From the NCBI RefSeq assembly GCF_009914755.1, contig NC_060925.1: a stretch of DNA of 64,000 bases; one strand, written 5' to 3'. How positions within the stretch are numbered: position 1 is the first letter of the stretch; every line of letters begins with the position of its first letter. Below are positions 1 through 19,552 of the stretch, piece after piece. Below the pieces are notes generated by a model. That model saw only the letters and a program-made list of their open reading frames with translations, had not been told where the DNA came from and searched no databases. The stretch comes from the human T2T-CHM13v2.0 reference genome, Homo sapiens. The translations under genes were made by a program, and so were the position numbers.

Positions 1-16
1 TAAAATTAACCTGTGT

Positions 17-304
17 GGCCAGGCGTAGTGGCTCATTCCTCTAATCCCAGCACTTTGGGAGGCCAAGGCGAGTGGGTTGCTTGAACCCAGGAATTCCAGA
101 CTGGCCTGGCCAACATAATAAGACCCTGTCTACAAAAAACAAAAGAATTAACTGGGTGTGTTGGTGCATGCCTATGATCCTAGCTACTCAGGAGGCTGGG
201 GCAGGAGGATCAGTTGAACCTGGGAGGTCAAGGTTACAGTGAGCCATGATTGTGCCACTATACTCCAGCCTGGGCAACAGAGTGAGACCCTGTCTGAAAA
301 AAAA
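17..304 (+). mobile_element. AluJ
   Basis: Dimeric Alu; TSD AAAATTAACCTGTGT at 2-16 and 305-319. Confidence 0.95.
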
Positions 305-504
305 AAAATTAACCTGTGTACTGCCCGATGCAAATAAAAACTTAGATTACCAATTCCTTGCATCTTCATGTTTTACTTTAATTCTTATTGTTTTATTTCA
401 ATTATTTTAAGAACAGGATACTAGCTAAGTCCTTGTGAAATGTGGTTTATTATCAATTCTGTTACTCAGAGTCACAGTCTTTTTTAAGCTTAGAAGGGAT
501 AACT

Positions 505-700
505 TTAAAAAAAATAACAACTTTATTGAGATATAATTCACATACCATATAATTCACCTTCTTAAAATGCATAATTCAGTGGCTATCAATTCAGTATATT
601 CAGAATTGTTCAACTGTCACCACTATTAATTTTAGAACATTTAGGACATTTTCATCACACTTCCCCCCAAATCCCTACTCATTAGCAGTCACTCCACTTC
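505..700 (-). mobile_element. L1MB-type 3' end fragment
   Basis: ctttattgagatataattcacataccatataattcacc... typical of an antisense old L1 3' end. Confidence 0.7.
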
Positions 701-1057
701 ATATTTATTTAAAATTCATTTCACATATAAAATATATATACATATATATTTTAATTTTTTAAAAAGTAATTCTTATGTGTTCCCATGGAGTGGAGTAGGA
801 AACCTATCCCAAACCTCTCCCCTTCTTGCAAAAAATATTCTATATTCAAGTTTAGGAGAAAACAGAATACTTGCTAGCCCCACTGTCCTCAAGAACCTAG
901 CAATGCATTAAGCTCACCTCCTCTCCTCTTCCAAGACCAAAAAAAAAAAAAAAAAAAGCCGGAAAGGAAGAGAACAAATTAAATTATTATTTACAGATGG
1001 TCATATAATTGTCAGTCTCAAAAATTCAAAACCTACAGAGTATTTTGGCTATAATAA

Positions 1058-1399
<342 letters not shown>

Positions 1400-1745
1400 T
1401 AAATCTTCTTATCAGTATTATCTACTTAGGAAATGTGATATAAATTTCCTAATAGCAATAACTGTAAAAAATAGGAAATATCCAGGAACAATGCAATTCG
1501 GAACATAAAAGTCATGGCAATGACTCATAGCTTCGAGTCGTTTATTCAGTGCCACTGCAATGAAAGCTATAAACCTACTCCCCAGAAAAATGTATGCAAA
1601 TACACAGAAACACTGTCACCCATGTGCATGGGTGCACACACATATACACACAACATTTTATGTAACATTTTTTCAGCTTTGTGGGAGTCTTGAAGCCCAT
1701 TTAAGAATTCAAGGACCACTGGTTAACAATCCCCATAGTTTCTTT

Positions 1746-1877
1746 TTTCGTTTTGAGACAGTTTCGTTCTGTCACCCAGGCTAGAGTGCAGTGGCATGAT
1801 CCTGGCTCACTGCAACCTTGACCTCCTGAGCTCAAGCAATCTTCCCGCCTCAGCCTCCTGAGTAGCTGGGACTACAA
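1746..1877 (-). mobile_element. 5'-truncated Alu (right arm only)
   Basis: TSD ATAGTTTCTTT at 1735-1745 and 1879-1889. Confidence 0.88.
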
Positions 1878-2152
1878 TATAGTTTCTTTCTTATAGAAAA
1901 TTAGGAAACTTTATTAAAGATTTTGGGAAAAATATAGAGTGCCATACTATTTTCCTGATTGGAAAACTAAGTGTATTACAGATTTCAGTTATTTCTAAAT
2001 CCATCTGTAAATTTAAGGTAATTTAAATCCATCTGCTTGCTAGGTGGAATAGTCTTTAAAAAAAATACAAGCACTTGATTGAAAATTGACTTAGAGATAA
2101 AATACTAGGCAGTTTTGGAAAAGAAAGATAATGACGAGGGACTTTCTTCTTC

Positions 2153-2522
<370 letters not shown>

Positions 2523-2536
2523 TAGACATGAATGTG

Positions 2537-2725
2537 AGTGTTTTCTCCATCTTGGTACTGTTGCTGTCTTGAGAGAATAATTCTTTGTTTTGGGGCAGTC
2601 CTTTGCATTGTAGGATGTTTAACAGCATCCCAGGCCTTTTCCCACTAGATGCTGATAGTACCCTCCCACTCACCACAGTTATAACAACCAAAAACGTTTC
2701 TGCACCTTGCCAAGTGGCCCCTGGT
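2537..2725 (-). mobile_element. MER20 (hAT) DNA transposon fossil
   Basis: tgcattgtaggatgtttaacagcatcccaggcc...cccactagatgc...acaaccaaaaa motif. Confidence 0.75.
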
Positions 2726-2919
2726 CTAAGTGGATGGGGGATTCTACTGTCATTGATTGGTTGGGGTATCAAGGTATGGTCCCTTACAAGGAAGAATTAT
2801 TTTGTCCAGAGTGCTAGTATTGTAACAGCATTCTTGATTATAAACATGGTTTAAAGTTGCAGTAGTAGAGAGGGTGGGGTGTTTAAAAAAAAAACAAGAA
2901 ACAAAACAAAACAAAACAG

Positions 2920-3055
2920 CTATCTATCTGGTATTATGCTTACTACCTGGATGACAGGGATCTATATGCCAAACCTCAGCATCATGTAATATTTTCATGT
3001 AACCAATCTGCACATGTACCCCCTGTATCTAAAATAAAAGTTGAAATAAAAAAAC
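2920..3055 (+). mobile_element. Short L1PB-like 3' end
   Basis: ccaaacctcagcatcatg...ctgcacatgtaccccctgtatctaaaataaaagttg plus A tail. Confidence 0.7.
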
Positions 3056-3070
3056 AAACTAACAGTAATA

Positions 3071-3210
3071 GGCTGTGTGTGGTGGCTCACACCTGTAATT
3101 CTAGCACTTTGGGAAGCTGAGGCAGGAGGATCACTTGTGCCCAGGAGTCTGAGACCAGCCTGGACAACATAGTGAGACCTCATCTCTGTTAAAAATAAAT
3201 AAATAAATAA
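3071..3210 (+). mobile_element. Alu left monomer (FLAM-like)
   Basis: Single arm plus (TAAA)n tail. Confidence 0.85.
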
Positions 3211-3429
3211 TTTTTTAACTGCAGGAATAAAATCAGTTCAATATTTGCATTAAAATTGGTGTAGAAATAGTCCCAGGTGTTTATTTAGAATTTAGAGCAT
3301 AAAAAAATTTTTTTTTCTAAATAGTAGAAATAAGATAGATGATTCAATAAATGATCGACTGTGTACTCATTTGGGGATAAAATGTGGAGATCTTCTCAAG
3401 AAAATTACAAATTGATTTAAAAAGAATCA

Positions 3430-3676
<247 letters not shown>

Positions 3677-3816
3677 TCATAGAAATACTACAAAAAGTCT
3701 ATATAAGGTATTTTTAAAATATAACCTTGGTACAGAGAAAAGCCTTTCAAATTATTATTACCAAAACAATAACGGACAATGATCATGTGTTTTCTTACAT
3801 AAAAATTAAAAACTTT

Positions 3817-3821
<5 letters not shown>

Positions 3822-3847
<26 letters not shown>

Positions 3848-3888
3848 GTCAGAAGAAAGACACACACACACACACACATATATATACA
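3822..3888 (+). repeat. Compound (CA)n...(CA)n(TA)n microsatellite
   Basis: Seen directly. Confidence 0.9.
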
Positions 3889-4180
3889 GTCAGAGGACAA
3901 TAGAAAAACAAGCAAAGATCAGGCAGTATTTAACAAAATAAGTTATATTTGGGTAACAAGTACAAAATATCTGTGTTCAGCCTCACTAATAATAAGTGTA
4001 ACTATAAAAATCAGGTTTTTTTTGCCTATCAGAGTACTTAATATTTTAACAATATTAATCATCATTGTTAGAGTGGTTGTAGAAAAACAGGAGTTGTTAT
4101 ATACTGTTGGTAGGAATAGGAATCATTTTACCTCTTTTTGAGCACCCGTTTGGCAGCATGTATAAAAAGTTTCTATGTGC

Positions 4181-6214
<2,034 letters not shown>

Positions 6215-6967
6215 CTACTTAACTTTTTAATAAATTTTAATATAAAAACTTACAGCTTTCATCCCTGTCTTTAATTATTTTAATATTTTACTCTGGTAGT
6301 AATAACCATTCTACTTCAATTAATTGATAGAATTTCAGCATAGCAACCACATTTGTCACTGAAAGAGATTTTTCACTTCAAAGTTACTTCAAGAATGCTA
6401 CTCTAAATAGTAACAGTAAATCCAAATGTCAGTCTTGTTTGAATTATTGCCATTAATAAATACAGTTTTGTTTTCATTCTTAACATGTGCTGTCACCAGA
6501 TTATTGATCTTGCACTGCTTCAGTGGTGCCATGAATGATGTATCTTTCATTTGGCCTTCTGGAGGTCAAAGCCAAATAGCAGTTTTTAACCAAATTCTAA
6601 AGGTCAAAGCTGAACTTTGCAGGATTCCTAGTATTTTTTCTTTTATTGAAAAAAGTACAGAAGAATGTACAGAACTACTTTGAGAGAGGAGGTTTGAGAA
6701 AAAATATATGCTTTCAACTTTATTTAATTTACTTGAATTTTATATAACAAAATATGCTTATTTGAAAGAAAAAAAGCATTTCTTTTTACAGCTCATAATA
6801 AGAAAACAACTAACTCAATTTTTGAAAATGGGCCAAAACTTGAAATGATACTTCACCAAAGACATCTGAATGGCTAATAAAAAGATCCTCAATATCATTA
6901 GTTATTAGGGAAATGCAAACTAAAATCACTGCACATTCACTAGAATGATTTTAATGCAAAATGATAG

Positions 6968-7343
<376 letters not shown>

Positions 7344-8604
7344 AGCAGTTTCTTTAAAAGTCTGCATATAGGTTTACTATACAACCCAGCAATTTCACTT
7401 CTAGGTATATACCCAAATGAAATGACAACATGTGTCCACACAAACTCTACTCCACAGAAGTTCGTAGCAGCATTATTCATAATAGCCAAAAACTGGAAAC
7501 AAGCCAAATGTCCATCAACTGGTGACAGGATATACATAGTGTATATCCATACAGTGGAATACTATTCAGCAATGAAAAGGAGTTCAGTGCTGCTACATTC
7601 TCATCATGCTAAGTAAAGGAAGCCTGCTGAGAAGATTCCAAGATGGCCGAATAGGAACAGCTCCAGTCTACAGCTCCCAGCGTGAACAACGCAGAAGATG
7701 GGTGATTTCTGCATTTCCAACTGTGGTACCGGGTTCATCTCACAGGGGCTTGTCAGACAGTAGGTGCAGCCCATGGAGCAGGGCGGGGCATCGCCTCACC
7801 CAGGAAGTGCGAGGGGTCAGGGAATTCCCTTTCCTAGCAAAGGAAAGCTGTGACAGAGGGTACCTGGAAAATCGGGACACTCCCACCCTAATACTGCGCT
7901 TTTCCAACAGCTTTAGCAAACGGCATACCAGGAGATTATGTCCTGTGCCTGGCTTGGAGGGTCCCACGCCCACGGTCGCTGCTAGCACAGCAGTCTGAGA
8001 TCGAACTGCGAGGTGGCAGTGAGGCTGGGGGAGGGGTGTCCCCCATTGCTGAGGCTTGAGTAGGTAAATGAAGCCGCCGGGAAGCTGGAACTGGGTGGAG
8101 CTCACCGCAGCTCAAGGAGGCCTGCCTGCCTCTGTAGACTCCACCTCTGGGGGCAGGGCATAGCTGAACAAAAGGCAGCAGAAACTTCTGCAGACTTAAA
8201 CGTCCGTGTCTGACAGCTTTGAAGAGAGTAGTGGTTCTCCCACCACAGAGTTTGAGATCTGAGAACAGACAGACTGCCTCCTCAAGTGGATCCCTGACCC
8301 CCGAGTAGCCTAACTGGGAGGCACCTCCCAGTAGAGGGTGACTGACACCTCATACGGCTGGGTGCCCCTCTGAGACGAAGCTTCCAGAGGAAGGATCAGG
8401 CAGCAACATCTGCCGTTCTGCAGCCTCTGCTGGTGATACCCAGGCAAACAGGGTCTGGAGTGGACCCCCAGCAAACTCCAACAGACCTGCAGCTGAGGGT
8501 CCTGACTGTTAGAAGGAAAACTAACAAACAGAAAGGACATCCACACCAAAACCCCATTGGTATGTCACCATCATCAGGGACCAAAGGTAGATAAAACCAT
8601 GGAG

Positions 8605-9630
8605 ATGGGGAGAAACCAGAGCAGAAAAGCTGAAAATTCTAAAAATCAGACCGCCTCTTCTCCTCCAAAGAAACGCAGCTCCTCACCAGCAACGGAACAA
8701 AGCTGGACAGAGAATGACTTTGACGAATTGAGAGAAGAAGGCTTCAGACGATTGGTAATAACAAACTTCTCCGAGCTAAAGGAGGATGTTTGAACCAATT
8801 GCAAAGAAGCTAAAATCCTTGAAAAAAGATTAGGCGAATGGCCAACTAGAATAACCAGTGTAGAGAAGTCCTTAAATGACCTGTTGGAGCTGAAAATCAT
8901 GGCACGAGAAGTACGTGACGAATGCACAAGCTTCAGTAGCCGATTTGATCAAGTGGAAGAAAGGGTATCAGTGATTGAAGATCAAAGGAATGAAATGAAG
9001 GGAGAAGAGAAGCTTAGAGAACAAAGAGTACAAAGAAACGAATAAAGTCTCCAAGAAATATAGGACTATGTGAAAAGACCAAATCTACGTCTGATTGGTG
9101 TACCTGAAAGTGACAGGGAGAATGGAACCAAGTTGGAAAACACTCTGCAGGATATTATCCAGGAGAACTTCCCTAACCTAGGGAGGCAGGCCAACATTCA
9201 AATTCAGGAAATACAGAGAACACCACAAAGATACTCCTCAAGAAGAGCAACCCCAAGACACAAAATTGTCAGATTCACCGAAGTTGAAATGAAGGAAAAA
9301 ATGTTAAGGGCAGCCAGAGAGAAAGGTTGGGTTACCCACAAAGGGAAGCCCATCAGACTAACAGCGGATCTCTCAGCAGAGACTCTACAAGCCAGAAGAG
9401 AGTGGGTGCCAATATTCAACATTCTTAAAGAAAAGAATTTTCAACCCAGAATTTCATATCCAGCCAAACTAAGCTTCATAAGTGAAGGAGAAATAAAATC
9501 CTTTACAGACAAACAAATGCTAAGAGATTTTGTCACCACCAGGCCTGCCTTACAAGAGCTCCTGAAGGAAGCACTAAACATGGAAAGTAACAACCGATAC
9601 CAGCCACTGCAAAAACAAGCCAAATTGTAA
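8605..9630 (+). pseudogene. L1 ORF1p, disrupted
   Basis: MGRNQSRKAENS...PLQKQAKL* in one frame, with in-frame stops at 8791 (TGA), 9043 (TAA) and 9061 (TAG). Confidence 0.95.
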
Positions 9631-9693
9631 AGACCACTGATGCTAGGAAGAAACTGCATCAACTAACGAGCAAAATAACCAGCTAACATCATA

Positions 9694-13505
<3,812 letters not shown>

Positions 13506-14120
13506 ACAGTGAGAACCCTTGGACACAGGGTGGGGAACATCACACACTGGGGTCTGTTGTGGGGTCGGCGGGGAGGGGGGAGGGATTGCATTAGGAGATA
13601 TACCTAATGTAAATGACAAGTTAACGGGTGCAGCACAACATGACACATGTATATATACGTAACAAACCTGTACATTGTGCACGTGTACCATAGAACTTAA
13701 AGTATAATAATAAAAAAAAAGAAAAAAAAAGGAAGCCTGCTGCAAAACATTACATACTGTATGGTTCCATTTTCATAAACTGTCCATAAAAAACAAATTT
13801 ATATAGAGAGAAAGCAGGCCTGGGTTGCGATTGGGTTTGATGGAATTTTTGGGGGGTGGTGGGAAGTGGGAAGGTTCTAAAACCAAATAGTTGTGATGGT
13901 TGCACAACTCCAATATACTAAAAATCATTGAATTGTATATTTACAGTGAGTGAATTTTATAGTGTGCAAATTATACTCAGTAAAACTTTTAAAAATGTTT
14001 CAAAGTTAAATATAATTTTAAATTAAAGAATCACATGCGTAAGAGAGTTAAAAGTTATTATAAAAGGATCTACATTAAAGAAGAGAGATCAGGTTGTAAA
14101 TTACTTCCAAGAAGTGAATA

Positions 14121-15698
<1,578 letters not shown>

Positions 15699-16399
15699 GT
15701 TATTTAGTAGAATTTGTATTCTAGCTCTGTAATTGGAGAAAACTGATGAACTTGGCTTTTTATTGTTTTTTTTATTCTGAAAACTCAGCTTCAGCGCTTG
15801 ATATAATTTGGATGTATTTATTATAACTGTAAATTAAAAATTGTATTGTTTAATACCTTTTGAGTAGTATTTGAGTTTTCTTTGGGTATTCTTGACTTTT
15901 TAAGTATTACTCATATGATACAGTGATCACATAGATGATTTTTTTATTCTGCATTTTACAAAGAAAGATTATACTGTATAATTGGTAGATACTTCTGAAG
16001 TCACTGTAATTGGTTAAATAATGGTATTCAGGTGTGTGGGGGGTAGGGTAGGGTAGGGGGTGCACTGTAGCACTTTGAGTGAAATTTAAGAAATCTCAAC
16101 CATTTTTCTAGTGGGTTTTCTGAAGCTACATTTTTTTTTTATATTTTTCCCCCCTGAAAGCTAACTTGAAGGCTTGACTGCTTAAATAGAATCTTTACTG
16201 CACGTTTAGAATGTTACTGAGATACAAATGAATCTCGCTAGGGGAGAGATACCACATGCTCAGTGTGGTTCACCAGCTTCTTTGTTATAAACATGATTCA
16301 ATGCTGGGAGCATTAAGGAGAGAGCAAGTTGGTGACTGTTCCCCTCACTTTGGACAGGCTAAAATCAACTGCTGTTTCCTTTTAATTTGCATTTGAAAG

Positions 16400-16748
16400 A
16401 TGTAACTAATGTGATGAACCGTTTCTCAGCAGGAAAGCTGGGTCATTAAAATGATATTAATTGAAGCTGGCCACAATAAATGGTTGAGGTTATAATGCCT
16501 CCTGTTCTGAAATAGAGCTATTATCCTGAGGCGAGCAGGGTAACTGAGTGTCACAGTCAGCAGCGTGAAGCATCCAAGGGTCTGATGTGGGAAACCAGGG
16601 ATTTTGCTTCTCCGGCATAGTTTTCCAGGCAGCTTTCACCTGCTGACAGAGGTGACTGTTTAGCTTGAGGACTAGCTTGAAATTAGCTTAATTGATTGCT
16701 TTTCCTGATATAAATAGATTGACAGGTTGCCCTTAAAGAGAACAAAAT

Positions 16749-16784
<36 letters not shown>

Positions 16785-16888
16785 GGCCCAAGGTCGTCAG
16801 AAGAGAGAGGAGTCTGTGGTGAGGATTTGAGCTGCGTCCAGCATTGGATATTTGTCAGGAATGCAGATACCCTGAAGGGAACACAACA
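16400..16888 (+). promoter_or_regulatory. Internal promoter and 5' UTR of the short PATJ isoform
   Basis: TATAAATA at 16709-16716, predicting a TSS near 16740. (GA)15 at 16751-16780. uORF ATG CAG ATA CCC TGA at 16861-16875. Sits in a ~3.5 kb Alu-free island. Confidence 0.6.
16751..16780 (+). repeat. (GA)15 microsatellite
   Basis: Direct count. Confidence 0.97.
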
Positions 16889-16910
16889 ATGGTCCAAGGG
16901 GGTTTCCCAG
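16889..16910 (+). CDS. PATJ: Coding part of an alternative first exon (MVQGGFP + G), giving a short CIPP-like PATJ isoform
   Basis: acaacaATGG Kozak (A at -3, G at +4). ATG GTC CAA GGG GGT TTC CCA G, then donor CAG|GTAAGA. Phase 1 joins exon 54663 as G+AA=Glu, giving [17 protein letters not shown]. Resembles the rodent CIPP N-terminus as I recall it. Confidence 0.8.
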
Positions 16911-19163
16911 GTAAGATTTCTGTTGCCTGTGTGATCTGTGGTTCTTTCGGAATGCAATCTGATGCTGTTTTAGTGTTGGTGCAGAATGTGGTTTTAAAGG
17001 TTTAGACAATGGTAAGCCAAGGCATTTTTCTTAAGTAAGAGAGCGAGGGCACATATGCATGTGCAAGGTGATTGTACATTAGAAACAAACCCCTGCAATT
17101 TTCTTTCATGTGCACTGTAGTTTGAATGTCCTTATGATGTTTTTGAAAAGTGGAGCAGTTTAATCAGACTGTCAAAGATATACCAGTAGTTTCACTGCCA
17201 AGATTCTCAACACTGTTCATGCTGTATTCTCTCCTTTCAGAATTGTAATTGAGAAGTAGACCTCCAGGACATTTATTATCATTATTGTTGTTACTTGTGA
17301 CTTCACCATAATAGAAAGGGAAGACTATTTATGTTAGAACTAGGTTATTCTGGTTAATTTTAAAAACTGACCATTCAGCATTTTGTTATAGATGAAAGCA
17401 GAATATCACTAAGGACTCATAGTAGTAAACAAAAGGCTGCTTTTTCTAAATTGTAAAATAACACATTAATTATTTTATTTGCTAGTTGTGTTTGGTGCCT
17501 CATTCATCTAAATCTACAAATTTAAATTCGTTAGGGGTGGGGGCTCAGCTCTTGGAAGTATTACCACTGACTTCCTTGTTAACATAATGGTTCTTGCAAT
17601 CATTGCTACATTGGCCATATAATTTCATGCAATAGAGTACTCTTAGTTTATGCTTTTGCCTGACTTAAAAAATTAATTTCTTAAAATCAGAGCTTCTTTT
17701 TATCTAAATAAAATGGAATATTGAGACATAATAGGGGTATTCTTGCATAAGTATTATTGCCTAAGGGAGGCAATTGTTAACTCAAGAGTTAGACATGACA
17801 TTATAGCCTTTCTTTTTATTTTCAGCAGTGCACACGCAAATTAGGTTATTTCTACTGCAACAGTAGAATATTTGCTGCATTCCTGATTTAAGCTAGCCAA
17901 CCTTATTTGTGGCTATGCTGTCAAAACTATTGAGCAAGAACTTTTGTTTAAAATATAATTTCTGAAGATATCCCTGTGGGGGTCCTGAACTACCTAGTAT
18001 TCAATTCTGTTATTTTGATTTGGAGGAAATGCTATAGCTCCTAAATGGATGCGTCACAGATTCCCTGTAGTGACAACTGTCTGACTATATTGTGTTTCTT
18101 TTCATTCTGCAGTTGGAATTGCTTTCAGTTGTCTGTCATCTTTTTAATACTGCTTCTCAAACTTGTATTGACAAGGCAACTTATAGGGATCATCCTGGAT
18201 ATTTGTGGATCCTGCCTGCTTTTCCTCAGACTCTTCAGAGCAGTTTATTCATTTTCCTTTTATTTTAGGAAATTTCTTGATTTTAAAAATCTATTTCTCC
18301 AGATTATAATACATGTATGCTTTAATCTCCTGAGTATAACTGGCCATCCCTGATCATTTTCTTAATCTCTACCACACTGACTTGAAGTCGCCACTGTCCA
18401 GGCTCCAAACACCGCAGTGGAACCCTTGAAAATCCCCATTGCAGTTTTCTAGAAAGTGAGTCAAGTATATCTAGTCATTAGGAATTTATGTGTCCTTTGC
18501 GCTTTGTTGAACTAATATATAAACTCACTTTTAGAAAGGCTGTTAACTATCAAAGTGTCTCATAAATGGACACATATTTATGTGTTATATGTAAGTTACT
18601 TTTTCAGTGTTCATGATCAGGATTGATTTTCTATAATCAGTATTTTCAACATTTATTAAAAGCTTCTATTTATGTATACACATTTAACTCCAAAGTATTT
18701 TAATACACTTTGGTAGTCTTATGACTTAGTCTATCTTATATTATGTTCACTGCTTTGGCATTCAGTCAATTTTAAAAGCATGTTTCTATTTCATGTTTCT
18801 TTTTGGCATATTTTACAAAAAGTAATATGTAGAATTATAAATAAAGGATGAGGCCTCGGTCTGTAGAGAATTTACCTTTTCTTTTGTTCTTGCTTGGAAA
18901 CACATTATTTTACATGGGTTTATGTTGCTTTGATTTCAGTAGTTTTATGTCACTTTAAAGTATTTTAGGTTTGATATATATAAGTATAGGTTAAACACTC
19001 ATCATTTTAATTGATCCAATGTTGAACAAAGAGAGGGCATTGTTATTTCAATTAAGAAAATAATATATCAAAAATTAAGTAGCAGTTAAAGTTACTTTCT
19101 TGCAGAGACTGCCTCTTTTTTGCTGAATGCAATGGGGCAGGAGGTAAGAAATATCACTCCTAA

Positions 19164-19552
<389 letters not shown>

